From positions 609 to 64,608 of the IMG/VR virus record IMGVR_UViG_3300021471_000001: 64,000 nt of DNA; one strand, given 5' to 3'. This document shows, piece after piece, positions 49,308 to 59,007 of the stretch (positions are counted from its first letter, which is position 1; each line of letters starts with the position of its first letter). The notes under the pieces are model-generated. The model did no database searches. It saw nothing but the letters and a program-made list of their open reading frames with translations, and was not told the DNA's origin. Position numbers and translations under genes: made by a program. The DNA is from a virus (Duplodnaviria > Caudoviricetes).

Positions 49308-50703
49308 TTTCTTTTACTCCTTCATCATTATACTTATGTGGATAGTAATCTCTAAGACATTTCTCTTCCCATTCTTCATCTGTCATCAGACTAGGATCGG
49401 TCTTTCTCTTTTCTATATACTCTGCCTTTAAGTTAGAATATTTCCTTAGTAGTATAGAAGGAATTAATTCGTATTTATACCAATCTTTCTTCAGTGCAAA
49501 ATTGACAATCCTACGAAACAAATCTCTATCTTTTTCTATTCTAGCAATATAACGGAATTGTCCTATTTCAGATATTGTAAGAGAGCAATAGAAACCGTGC
49601 ACTTCTTTCCACTCTTCAAAATATATTTTCCTTAAGTCTTCTGAAAGCTTTTTTTCTAAACTTTTCTTACCTTTTCCATTTCTAGAAGGTTTAAGTACTT
49701 TACTTGCTTCTTCAAAAAGATATTCTGTACTAGTATTAACATTATCTTTACTTTGACTTACTTTTTCTATACTACTAGTACTAGAATCTATGTTATGGGA
49801 ACTAGTACCTAGAGTAGAGTCTATGTTAGAAGTACAAGTTGTACTAGATTCCTTAGTACTAGAGTCTTTGCTAGAAGAACTAGATTCTTTAGGTCTAGTT
49901 GTACTAGATTCTCTAGTAGATCTAGATCTACTAGAAGTACTAGAAGATTCATCAACTTTTTCTTTAGAAAAAGTTGATGGTTTTTCTTTATTTTTTTTTC
50001 TAGATCTTTCTTTATATTCTTTATTTCTAGTTTCTTTAGGATTCTCGAAATGCTTTTCAGAAAAGCTTTTTTGCGGTGTAACTTGTGTATTTTTTACACA
50101 AGTTATTAATCCTTTGTCAATCCCGTTTTCGAAGACATCGAGTTTGTTATCACTGTCTGGTTGCTGATTCCCAACTTGTGTATTTTTTACACAAGTTTTG
50201 TGTAAACTTTCCCCAAGTTGGCTTTTATCTTTGACACTGTCTTTAGAGTAATCTTGTTCCATTTTGTTGTTCTCTGATAAAGATTTTTCAGGTTGTGTAT
50301 TTTTTACACAAGTTGTTTCCTTGCTTTCAATTTCTTTTTTCGGAGTTGCAACGTCTATTTTGTTGTTGGAGACTTTATCTTCAACTTGTGTAATATTTAC
50401 ACAAGTTTGATTTCCTCTTTTCTCACTTGTGTAATATTTACACAAGTTTATTATACGCCCCTGTCCCTGTCTTGTTTTCACTTCTATTATACCTTTTCTT
50501 TTTAATTCAGAAAGACATTTTGTAATCGTCTTATTATTCAATCCAGTTTCAGAAATGAGTTTACAATTTGTTAATTTTGTTCCTCTTCTTTGAAAGCCAT
50601 TCGTATATCGAAATATTATGAAAAGTAGTTTCGTAGCATTTCCTGAAAGGTGAATTAAATCTTTTTTATCGATCAAATCATTATCAAACATAGTAAAGCC
50701 CAT
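49300..50703 (-). CDS. Phage replication initiator (lambda O-like organisation)
   Basis: N-terminal wHTH (LSGNATKLLFIIFRYTNGF...TGLNNKTITKCLSELKRKGII), iteron-encoded linker, upstream of a DnaC-like gene. Confidence 0.8.
   Translation of the reverse strand: MGFTMFDNDLIDKKDLIHLSGNATKLLFIIFRYTNGFQRRGTKLTNCKLISETGLNNKTITKCLSELKRKGIIEVKTRQGQGRIINLCKYYTSEKRGNQTCVNITQVEDKVSNNKIDVATPKKEIESKETTCVKNTQPEKSLSENNKMEQDYSKDSVKDKSQLGESLHKTCVKNTQVGNQQPDSDNKLDVFENGIDKGLITCVKNTQVTPQKSFSEKHFENPKETRNKEYKERSRKKNKEKPSTFSKEKVDESSSTSSRSRSTRESSTTRPKESSSSSKDSSTKESSTTCTSNIDSTLGTSSHNIDSSTSSIEKVSQSKDNVNTSTEYLFEEASKVLKPSRNGKGKKSLEKKLSEDLRKIYFEEWKEVHGFYCSLTISEIGQFRYIARIEKDRDLFRRIVNFALKKDWYKYELIPSILLRKYSNLKAEYIEKRKTDPSLMTDEEWEEKCLRDYYPHKYNDEGVKENE
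50080..50448. repeat. Five 25-bp palindromic iterons; putative replication origin
   Basis: AACTTGTGTA-N5-TACACAAGTT-type copies at 50080, 50173, 50290, 50383 and 50424. Confidence 0.85.
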
Positions 50704-50705
50704 AA

Positions 50706-50888
50706 TTAGTCCTCTGGATATACATTTACATCTTTAACTTTTTCTTTTTTAACTTTGAATTCATATTTTCGTATGTAATTGTCTAAGATTCGCCTTATGA
50801 ACTCGGTTTCAGAAATTTCCAATTTCTTTGATATATCATTAACAAATGTTTTCTGTCTATCAGAAAGCCTTATAACCTTTTTGAACAT
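50706..50888 (-). CDS. Ribbon-helix-helix (CopG-like) regulator
   Basis: VIRLSDRQ...LEISETEFIRRILD; directly upstream of the initiator. Confidence 0.7.
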   Translation of the reverse strand: MFKKVIRLSDRQKTFVNDISKKLEISETEFIRRILDNYIRKYEFKVKKEKVKDVNVYPED

Positions 50889-51178
50889 AGAAAACTCCTT
50901 ATAGTAATATATATAATTTTATATCAGTTAAAAATATATAAATATATCCAAAAAGTCAAGTAAAAATTGTATATTTTTTATACAATTTACGCTTATTTTT
51001 TGTAATAACATGAGGTTAAGCATACATTTTTCTCAAAAAAAAATAAGGCTTATTATTTTTAAAAACTCTTAAAAACATTTTGCTTTTCCAGAGAACATTT
51101 GAGTAAAGTAAGCTCCCATATATAACTTGCTGCATTATATATGGGAACAGAATTAAATGGTTTACTCAAGATAACTGC

Positions 51179-51406
51179 CTAGTTCATCTCTTTTTTTAGT
51201 AAAGCTATTCGTAACTCTAGATACTCTCTTATCATACACACTTCTTTTTCGTCATCAAGAAACTGACAGTCAAGTCTACAAAAATTTTTTATTAGTGGAC
51301 AGATGCTCATATCATGTCTTCTCTTTTCCATGCTTTCTTTACTCCTTATAATTTTTTTAAATAGCGTCTCACAGCAACATAACATCGCCATGAAACGCAT
51401 AAACAA
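51179..51406 (-). CDS. Small Cys-rich hypothetical protein
   Basis: CPLIKNFC...C...C; true start probably internal. Confidence 0.45.
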   Translation of the reverse strand: MFMRFMAMLCCCETLFKKIIRSKESMEKRRHDMSICPLIKNFCRLDCQFLDDEKEVCMIREYLELRIALLKKEMN

Positions 51407-51417
51407 AGAATATATAT

Positions 51418-52230
51418 CTATTTAAAAAGTTTATTTTGATTAAAATGAAACTTGAAAAAGTCTGGAAACTCTTGATAGACTTTACCATCAATCAGATTAC
51501 CACCCTTGAAACTTCCATCACTGCATTCTCCTTTTCTACCCCACTGTTTGAAGAAAAATGGTATCTTTAAGCTTTCACAATAGTTTTTTATATTAATAAC
51601 CCAATCTTTTTTCATGGGGCGTGCACATTTGCCACCAGTTTCTCCCCCAACTATCACCCAACTGACGTATTGCAATTTACTGTATAAAGATGCATTCATT
51701 TTTTCTAGCAGAGGTTCAAAAGAAACAAAAATGTTGAATTTAAAAATATTGTAAACTGTGTATACTAAAGCTTTCAGACGATGTAACGCTCGATTATTTT
51801 CTACAGTCACGCCTATCATAACGTTTCTAGGTAAACCTTCAAAATTGATACCATGACTACGATAGAAGTCCATCTCGATAAAATGCGTGATTAATTTATC
51901 TATACGCTTTGTCAGTATCAAAAAAATATGTTGTTTAGATTTTTCGATAGTAGAAAAGACTTGTGCAATAAAATTATGACTAACTTCTTCATGAAACAAG
52001 TCTGACATTGAATTTACAAATATTAATTTAGGTTTTTTCCATTTTAACGGCGTATTTAATTCATTTTCATGACAAACAACTTTATTAAAACCATATTTAT
52101 ATTTTTTTAATCCCATAGCTTGTAGTCTTTTTGTCATTCTTTCTGCATAGCAATATCTACAACCGTCACTTACTTTAGTACACCCTGTCACAATATTCCA
52201 AGTTTCCTCTGCCCATTCAATTTTTGTCAT
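51418..52230 (-). CDS. Phage Gp37/Gp68 (DUF5131) family protein
   Basis: TKIEW..TWNIVTGCTKVSDGCRYCYA, IFVNSMSDLFH, LTKR, SFEPLL, WVIVGGETG, FFFKQWG. Confidence 0.9.
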   Translation of the reverse strand: MTKIEWAEETWNIVTGCTKVSDGCRYCYAERMTKRLQAMGLKKYKYGFNKVVCHENELNTPLKWKKPKLIFVNSMSDLFHEEVSHNFIAQVFSTIEKSKQHIFLILTKRIDKLITHFIEMDFYRSHGINFEGLPRNVMIGVTVENNRALHRLKALVYTVYNIFKFNIFVSFEPLLEKMNASLYSKLQYVSWVIVGGETGGKCARPMKKDWVINIKNYCESLKIPFFFKQWGRKGECSDGSFKGGNLIDGKVYQEFPDFFKFHFNQNKLFK

Positions 52231-52720
52231 AATATTTTACCTCCTTATGCTTACAGTAAACATTTTCCAGTAGTTGCATATCCTTAAAATACTTATCCAT
52301 ATAAGAACAATAAGAACCTTTATCCTTCTCAACAAGATTCACACAACCATTACAATTAGTTATCTTTATAATTTCATTTATTTCATCCATTTATATACCT
52401 CTTATAATATTAATTCTTTGATATAAAAGCATTTTGATGATCTATTTTTCTTCTATTAAGCTCACCAATAATTTTAATCAAGTCACTGCTTATTTGAATA
52501 AACTGATAGGACTTTTCATTATATAAATTAGTCAATTTTTCATTTGATAAACGATTTATATAAATATATTTCTTTTTTTTCCTTTTCATATTAACTCCTA
52601 TAAACCAAACATATTTTTTTCCTAAAAGGAAACCTGCAAACCACAGCTTAAGACATCGAAAAAACACTGTGGTTGCAAGTTTCTAAAGTCACAATTAGGA
52701 GGAACTTTATGTAGGGTTAT

Positions 52721-53482
52721 CTATGATACCTCATCATTCGTGTTTTTCCAATCTTGTAAGGTTTTTTGAAACCTTCCAGCTTCCAAGCTTTCCTTTAGCT
52801 TTTGTACAGCGTCCATTCCCAATTCATTTGTACTCTCTTTAATAAGACCAGCTTCAATACAATAAGATTTAAACTCTTCTTTGTCTATTCCATATTGATT
52901 TAACAAAGCATATAACATTTTTCTTGTTTTTTCATTGCCATTTTTTGTACTTGCATTTTTGTTAACGTTCTTTGGAACATTATTATTATCTACGTACTCT
53001 TCTATATCCTGTGTAAATAAACCACTAATACGTGTTGCAGAGATGACACCACTTACAAAGGCACGTTTATAGGCCATCTTAAGGATCGTATTAGACCATC
53101 TCAAAGGATTATACTTAAATCTTTCCTGTTCGGCACTCGAATAACTGCCTAGACCAAAGGATATAACTTTATCTTTCGTTTTAATGTTTAACTGAACAGT
53201 CCATTCTAATACGTTATTGTGGAAAAACCTTTCTTGTTTTACTATTTCAACCGATAATCCAAACAAAAAAGCCAATTTATCCGCACCACTTTTAAAAAGA
53301 CAAGGTTTATCTCCGAAAGGTTTTTTCCCATACTTGTCAACAACAACACCATAATCCTCATTCTCTTTTAGAAATTGCATTATGGCTTTTTTATGTTCTT
53401 CAAAACGCTTTTTTAATTCTATGGCTCCCTGTTCCGACGCATAAGGTAAGTCGGAATGTATTTTGATTAAATCATTTGACAT
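52721..53482 (-). CDS. Putative single-strand annealing recombinase (Rad52/Sak-like)
   Basis: KPCLFKSGADKL, NTILKMAYKRAFV, FTQDIEE. Confidence 0.55.
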   Translation of the reverse strand: MSNDLIKIHSDLPYASEQGAIELKKRFEEHKKAIMQFLKENEDYGVVVDKYGKKPFGDKPCLFKSGADKLAFLFGLSVEIVKQERFFHNNVLEWTVQLNIKTKDKVISFGLGSYSSAEQERFKYNPLRWSNTILKMAYKRAFVSGVISATRISGLFTQDIEEYVDNNNVPKNVNKNASTKNGNEKTRKMLYALLNQYGIDKEEFKSYCIEAGLIKESTNELGMDAVQKLKESLEAGRFQKTLQDWKNTNDEVS

Positions 53483-53493
53483 AGCTTACCTCC

Positions 53494-53880
53494 TTAATAT
53501 GGTATTTCATCTTTATTTGCAAAACTCTTAGGTTCGTCTTTACCAAATTGTTCAGTCTTTTCGTTGTTTTGACTTTCTTTTTCCTCTATCATTTCTCTTT
53601 CTGCTCTCTCTTTTACCCCATCTATAACCTTAATAAGCGTAATAGCAGAACCATTTATTAGCCTTGCACTAGTACCGTCTAATTTGGTAAAGACAAAAAA
53701 GGTAGGTGTAAAGTCGGCAACTTGTTCTGTTCCCTTAAACAAACACTCAAATCCATCGTCGGGCATATTAGGAAAGTCCTCACGCCTAAGATATATCTTA
53801 ACTTTATCACCTTCATTCAGATAGGGAACACTAGTTACAGCTTTCCTCATCTGAGCTGGATGTACACGTGCTTTACTCAC
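53494..53880 (-). CDS. Hypothetical protein with SSB-like acidic tip
   Basis: Ends in DEIPY; adjacent to the annealase-like gene. Confidence 0.45.
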   Translation of the reverse strand: MSKARVHPAQMRKAVTSVPYLNEGDKVKIYLRREDFPNMPDDGFECLFKGTEQVADFTPTFFVFTKLDGTSARLINGSAITLIKVIDGVKERAEREMIEEKESQNNEKTEQFGKDEPKSFANKDEIPY

Positions 53881-53881
53881 G

Positions 53882-54250
53882 TCAAATCACCTCCCCACGA
53901 CCTGTAATAGTATTGTATAGCTCTATTTCCTCTATCCAATGCCGTTTATCAAGTAGTTCATCTATTAGAAACCTAATGCCATCAACACGTTTCGTGTTTT
54001 TATCCACTCTTTTATTGTACTCATTCGTAAGATGGCTTTCATATGACAAGTGTAAGTAGTCCCAAGAGCTTTTTTCTGAGCTATCGTCCATAGAATCTGT
54101 TGCCCTCCCATACGGATCGACCTTTAAAATAACATCTAACAATTCTAGAAAATTATAATCACTAAGAAGAGAGGCGACTTCCTTTTTCTGCTCTTCACCA
54201 AGCTCATCAAAACCCTCGTCAAGCTGTTCTAGTACATAATCGTAAATCAT
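53882..54250 (-). CDS. Hypothetical acidic protein
   Basis: AGGAGG RBS. Confidence 0.6.
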   Translation of the reverse strand: MIYDYVLEQLDEGFDELGEEQKKEVASLLSDYNFLELLDVILKVDPYGRATDSMDDSSEKSSWDYLHLSYESHLTNEYNKRVDKNTKRVDGIRFLIDELLDKRHWIEEIELYNTITGRGEVI

Positions 54251-54260
54251 AATAAACCTC

Positions 54261-54458
54261 CTATTTGTTTATAGTTACAATTTTAAGTAGGGTATAACCC
54301 TTTAATTCAGGTATCTGTTCTCCGTTTTCGGACATTCTAACTAGTCCTTCATATATCAAGTTTTCTGCTAAAACGGAGACCTGAACACCTTTTTTCTTAG
54401 AAATCTTTTTCAAAGCTGTATGTAGCTTCTTATCTAAAACGATTCTTTTCTTTTCCAT
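54261..54458 (-). CDS. RHH-like small DNA-binding protein
   Basis: RIVLDKKLHTALKKISKKKGVQVSVLAENLI. Confidence 0.55.
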   Translation of the reverse strand: MEKKRIVLDKKLHTALKKISKKKGVQVSVLAENLIYEGLVRMSENGEQIPELKGYTLLKIVTINK

Positions 54459-54471
54459 TTATCACTCCTTT

Positions 54472-54666
54472 TTACAAAGTATAATCTGTTATGGTAAATT
54501 GTTCAGTAGCGTCATTGCTTACTATCCAAAGACCGTCATAACCTACTAAGAGGCGTCCTTCTTTCTTTGCATTCTTTAAACGGCTATGAGTAAGCTTAAC
54601 GCCGTACTTATTTTTAACAGGACCGACCTGATCCCATATTTGACGTAATTGTTTATATGTTACCAT
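54472..54666 (-). CDS. Hypothetical protein
   Basis: AGGAG RBS. Confidence 0.6.
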   Translation of the reverse strand: MVTYKQLRQIWDQVGPVKNKYGVKLTHSRLKNAKKEGRLLVGYDGLWIVSNDATEQFTITDYTL

Positions 54667-54677
54667 CTTTTACTCCT

Positions 54678-55070
54678 TTAAACTAACTTCCACCCATCTT
54701 TTGCAACGACGGATATTACTTTACCATTAGGTAGCTCTATCTTTTCACGTTTATCATTATGAAAAACTACCATTGACTTTTTAATAGAACCACCCATTTT
54801 GTCTTGTTTCTTTTCTGCTACAAGTTTCATAAGTGCTGGTACCGGCGAAACAAACACTACATAGTTTTCATAGATTTCCTCTGCCAATTTTTCCATTTCC
54901 ACAAGCTTTATACCAGTAGCAGGTATCTTTATATGTTCTATATAGCTTTCATAATCTCTAAGGCCTTTGTATTCGTCATCCAGTATATAATCAATGAATT
55001 CATAAATCTGATCTTTCTGTTCTACGGTTAATTTATGGGTTTCATTTATTATTATATATACTTTAAACAT
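54678..55070 (-). CDS. Hypothetical protein
   Basis: AGGAG RBS. Confidence 0.65.
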   Translation of the reverse strand: MFKVYIIINETHKLTVEQKDQIYEFIDYILDDEYKGLRDYESYIEHIKIPATGIKLVEMEKLAEEIYENYVVFVSPVPALMKLVAEKKQDKMGGSIKKSMVVFHNDKREKIELPNGKVISVVAKDGWKLV

Positions 55071-55127
55071 TGTTCTACTCCTTAAAAATAAATTTTATAA
55101 AAAAAAATGAATTACTTTAATTGTATT

Positions 55128-55703
55128 TTAGTCTTGTTCTTCAGCCAATGCTCTTTTTTCAGCTTCTCTTTCCTCTGCTTTTCTTACTATTTCAGCCGAG
55201 CTTAGATAAGGCGAAATAAGGTCTCTTTTCTCTTTAAGCAATTTAAAGTTTATAAATTTTTTATACAATTCGCCTGTTAAATAACTATACATACGAGAAT
55301 CAGCAACGTCTAAAAGCCAGTTTTTGCAGTCCTCTTCTTTTTCACAAAGGTGTAAAATTGTTTCTTCATTTCTACCTGAATTATCATAACCATTTGTAAT
55401 AACGACAGGCTTTTCTGGTTTGATATACAGAGACAATCTAAGATTTCTTCCACTATCTTGAGGTAACATAAAAGATATTTTTATTTTTTCTCCATTGTAC
55501 CGAACACTTAAATATTCATGGTATGTTTTAAAATCTTGTGATAGGATTATATTTGAAGGCATGCCAGCTCCTGAATCTGAAAGTACAGGAAGTATACAGT
55601 AATATAAAAAGTCTTTTTTTTCCTTCAAGTGGGCTTGATAGCCAATAGAAGAGGCGTCACATATTTCTGAGAAAGTTATTCCATCAATTCCATGATAGCT
55701 CAT
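55128..55703 (-). CDS. Hypothetical protein
   Basis: AGGAG RBS. Confidence 0.65.
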   Translation of the reverse strand: MSYHGIDGITFSEICDASSIGYQAHLKEKKDFLYYCILPVLSDSGAGMPSNIILSQDFKTYHEYLSVRYNGEKIKISFMLPQDSGRNLRLSLYIKPEKPVVITNGYDNSGRNEETILHLCEKEEDCKNWLLDVADSRMYSYLTGELYKKFINFKLLKEKRDLISPYLSSAEIVRKAEEREAEKRALAEEQD

Positions 55704-55828
55704 AGTTATCTCCTAAGTGTTTTTTGGGATTTGCATACGATCAATTAGGCACCCATAAACCTTCTTGAAAGCCACACAATTGTGGATTATTACATCATAG
55801 GCATTTTTTACAAATAGAAAAACTCTAC

Positions 55829-56149
55829 TTAGTAGTTACACCAATTCATCACAGCCATTTGGAAAAGCTTTGCCTTCCTACAACTCAGAGGACCAATTTC
55901 CACAGGAACGCCTTTCTTAAAGTAAACAGCAACAAAACATTCACTAAAACGTCCATTGAAAATGTGTTCTACATAAGACACATTCTTGATATTGAACCTG
56001 ACAGTGTTTGTTTTTCCACCACCTATGCCTATATCTACTGTCACATAACCATTACTTAAATAATAGTTAAAGTGGCGGTCACACCTTTCTTCACATGAAT
56101 AAATAGCTATAAAAAAGAATAACAGTATAAATATAAAATTTATTTTCAT
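55829..56149 (-). CDS. Putative lipoprotein
   Basis: MKINFIFILLFFFIAIYSC signal peptide ending in Cys; AGGAGG RBS. Confidence 0.55.
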   Translation of the reverse strand: MKINFIFILLFFFIAIYSCEERCDRHFNYYLSNGYVTVDIGIGGGKTNTVRFNIKNVSYVEHIFNGRFSECFVAVYFKKGVPVEIGPLSCRKAKLFQMAVMNWCNY

Positions 56150-56392
56150 TTATTTACCTCCTATTAAGTAAAATAATTGAATCTAAAATATGACTTAAGC
56201 GATTGATACGACCTTCTATATTAAGTAAGTATATGGGGGATTGATCAGAAAGATCGATCAAGCTATCGTAAAGATGTGTAAAGTATCGTAAGATATTGTC
56301 AATGCAGTTTTCGGCGTATGATATGCCGTGTAATTTGCATTGGGTAAGGTAATATGATTTTATGTAGTTCATATTATTGCTCCTATAAAGAC

Positions 56393-57130
56393 TTAATGGA
56401 ACCACAAACACATTTCATTATCAGGCGTATCTTTTTCAAAAAACTTGTGTTTATATATTTTCGCTTCCATAATCTCCCATACTCTTTTTTCACATTTAAC
56501 AGTGTCTTTGTATTTTATACATTCTTCTTTGTCACAGTTATGATTCCAATATCCATATGCTCTTCTGACCTCTGCACTTATTTTTTCAACTCCACCTTCC
56601 ATTTTCTTTTCCCCAAAAAGATGTATATAGTTCAGATTATTTTTGAGCATATATTCTTTAACCTTTTCAGGAGTTCCTTCTGGAAATTCCAATCCTTTTT
56701 CGTCTTTTTCCATTTTGCAAGTATCCATTCGCAAAAAATCCACTTCTTCATTCAACAACGCTTTTCCAATTTCTTTTTTTTGGGCTTCTTCTTTTTCTTC
56801 TTCTTCTTTTTCTTTTCTTTCTTTTTCTTCTCTTTCTCTTTCTTTTGCTTCATCCCATACTTTGAAATAACTATTATCTTCTATAGTTCCAACTAATTTT
56901 CCGTTTATATAACATTTTTTACGAAACATTTGAAAACTTTTAATTTCCAAATCCTCTTCAACTTTAATAAAACGGGAGCCCTCTTCTTGAGCGATTCTTT
57001 TTATTTCACTTCCACCTTTACCTATCCATTTCCCTGCAGTGTGTTTTTGTACGTGTAATGTGTTTTTATTTTTATTAAGTAATCCAAAATCTTCTCTCAA
57101 ATTTGTAACTACTTTTTTTAAAACTTTCAT
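56393..57130 (-). CDS. KH-domain (RNA-binding) protein
   Basis: AGKWIGKGGSEIKRIAQEEG matches the KH GxxG signature. Confidence 0.65.
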   Translation of the reverse strand: MKVLKKVVTNLREDFGLLNKNKNTLHVQKHTAGKWIGKGGSEIKRIAQEEGSRFIKVEEDLEIKSFQMFRKKCYINGKLVGTIEDNSYFKVWDEAKEREREEKERKEKEEEEKEEAQKKEIGKALLNEEVDFLRMDTCKMEKDEKGLEFPEGTPEKVKEYMLKNNLNYIHLFGEKKMEGGVEKISAEVRRAYGYWNHNCDKEECIKYKDTVKCEKRVWEIMEAKIYKHKFFEKDTPDNEMCLWFH

Positions 57131-57792
57131 TTTTTTTCTCCTAATTCTATATCCTCTTGGGCTAAGTACTTTTTACAAAGCTTTTCTAACTCAATAGTTG
57201 CATTTACAACGTGTTCCCCTGTGTCATAGTTAACTTCGGCACAATGTATAACCTCACCCATAAGGGCAGATTCAAATTCTGCATTTTCAATATCTTCGGG
57301 ACGTATACTTGAAATGGATTTTGACATAACACGTCTAGCCGCATCGTTTGCTGTAACATAGTAGGGGGGGACATCCCCTAATGATATAAATTCATCTTTA
57401 AGAATACTTTTTAGTAACGGATTTTCAATATATTTTATATAGTTTTTTCTTTCTATAATTGTTTTTGCAAACATAATTGAAGCTTGCCTTAATTCACCAT
57501 AAGTAATAGGATCAGATTTTAAGGTTGATCCCCTGTGAGTTGTGCCAATAAATATCTCCCTATTGTTATTATAGTTCCAGTATGGTGCGGAAAGGGTCCA
57601 ACAACCATCATATACATTTATAGATAAAATTTTAACATCTTTTTTGGAATTGCATTTTTGACAATATCTTTCAGTATCGTCAATATTTTTAAAGCATTTA
57701 TCATTACACATTTTAAATCTCCTGATTATAAAAATTTTTTCCACAAAGCAATAAACATAATATACCTGTGGAAACATAGCATAATATGACAT
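57127..57792 (-). CDS. Hypothetical protein
   Basis: ATGA overlap with the KH gene; start uncertain. Confidence 0.55.
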   Translation of the reverse strand: MSYYAMFPQVYYVYCFVEKIFIIRRFKMCNDKCFKNIDDTERYCQKCNSKKDVKILSINVYDGCWTLSAPYWNYNNNREIFIGTTHRGSTLKSDPITYGELRQASIMFAKTIIERKNYIKYIENPLLKSILKDEFISLGDVPPYYVTANDAARRVMSKSISSIRPEDIENAEFESALMGEVIHCAEVNYDTGEHVVNATIELEKLCKKYLAQEDIELGEKK

Positions 57793-57929
57793 TTTGATTG
57801 AACTATTGGATTGAATTTGGTAGGTGAAGCCCCCTTTCGGGGGCGTACGTACGTATTTTGGGTTGTCCTACCTTCATTCAACCCCGTACAGGTAGGATAA
57901 TGCGGGGTTTAACGAAGGAAAAGGTAAGT

Positions 57930-58322
57930 CTATTCTGGATTTGGTATTTCTGTTAAAATAGCCGGGACATGTGCTGTAAGACAATCTTCATAAGCAACTT
58001 GTTCCCCTTCTTCTTCATATGTATCATAAAAATACTGGTAGGCCGTAAGGCTGCCAGTATATTCCCCGTCCCTGTGTAGGTTTGGGGAAAGTAATATGTG
58101 ATCAACTTCAGGTTCATCTGGATCAGGCTCGGGGGACGGCTCCCCGGCCTCCTTAGCCCAGGCGAGCTTTTCAAATAAGGGAAGGATGTCCTCTATCTTG
58201 ACAATGAAAAGTGTAATTATTGTTTTTTTAACTATATATTTATCTGTAAAATAAATAAATTTTTCTCCCCTCTCCCAAAGGTCTTTTAGAAAAGGGAGTC
58301 CATATTTTCTTGTTATAATCAT
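57930..58322 (-). CDS. Small acidic protein (anti-defence candidate)
   Basis: AGGAGGG RBS; acidic C-terminal half; lies in the repeat cassette. Confidence 0.65.
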   Translation of the reverse strand: MIITRKYGLPFLKDLWERGEKFIYFTDKYIVKKTIITLFIVKIEDILPLFEKLAWAKEAGEPSPEPDPDEPEVDHILLSPNLHRDGEYTGSLTAYQYFYDTYEEEGEQVAYEDCLTAHVPAILTEIPNPE

Positions 58323-58403
58323 GTTACCCTCCTATAGGGTTTTCGGACTTAACTATGACCACAAAGGCGTCCGTAAACCTTCGTAGAAACTACCTTACGG
58401 TAG

Positions 58404-58431
58404 GTTAATCCCTCATAGGGACGATAGAAGC
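58404..58431 (-). repeat. Solitary CRISPR-repeat-like unit 1
   Basis: GCTTCTATCGTCCCTATGAGGGATTAAC; 18-nt core 58408-58425 identical in three copies. Confidence 0.75.
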
Positions 58432-58494
58432 TTGCTACACCCCGCATAGGTAGGAATGCGGTGTGCAGCAAAGGGATTGGCTATTTTCACCACT

Positions 58495-59007
58495 TTACAT
58501 ACTCGAAACATACTCGAATTCCGATTGGAATTCGAGTGTTTTTATAATTCTATCGCAGTACCAACGAATTTCTTTTTTTTCTTTTAAATCTTTTAAAATT
58601 TCTACGATTTTTTTTGCTTGTCGAGGGGAGAGATCGTGGTCGTGGTGGGTGTAATCTTTCTTAATGTAGGCGCTAGCTATGTAATTTGGGTCGAAGGAGC
58701 CATCTTCTCCCAATCGTAGTACTACTACTATATCGGTGGGGGGTGTGATGTGGGGGTGTTTTTCGTCTATAAATCTGTGTTCAGATGGGAGGGTTCCCCC
58801 TTCTCCATCTGGCGAGGGACCTGACCAGCTTTGGTCAAACTCGCTGGCAACGGTAAGCGGGGAGGGGGAGTTGGGTGTGTAAACAAAAGAATAAGAAAAA
58901 TTAATTCTGCCTTGCCCCTGATAGGCTGAATAATCTCTAACATGTACAGAAACTACTATTAGCCCCCCTTTTTTAATAAAGGTGGAAAATAGATTTTTAT
59001 TTTTCAT
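58495..59007 (-). CDS. Hypothetical protein (anti-defence candidate)
   Basis: AGGAGGG RBS; lies between repeat units 1 and 2. Confidence 0.65.
   Translation of the reverse strand: MKNKNLFSTFIKKGGLIVVSVHVRDYSAYQGQGRINFSYSFVYTPNSPSPLTVASEFDQSWSGPSPDGEGGTLPSEHRFIDEKHPHITPPTDIVVVLRLGEDGSFDPNYIASAYIKKDYTHHDHDLSPRQAKKIVEILKDLKEKKEIRWYCDRIIKTLEFQSEFEYVSSM

Noticed and set aside
51113-52685. Isolated intergenic inverted repeats (about 51113-51146 and 52630-52683; also 25978-26008 and 60245-60290)
   Set aside because: Single hairpins with no shared sequence; most simply terminators, operators or mRNA-stabilising stems.
56760-56850. Purine-rich low-complexity tract
   Set aside because: Explained by the Glu/Lys/Arg-rich helix of the KH-domain protein.
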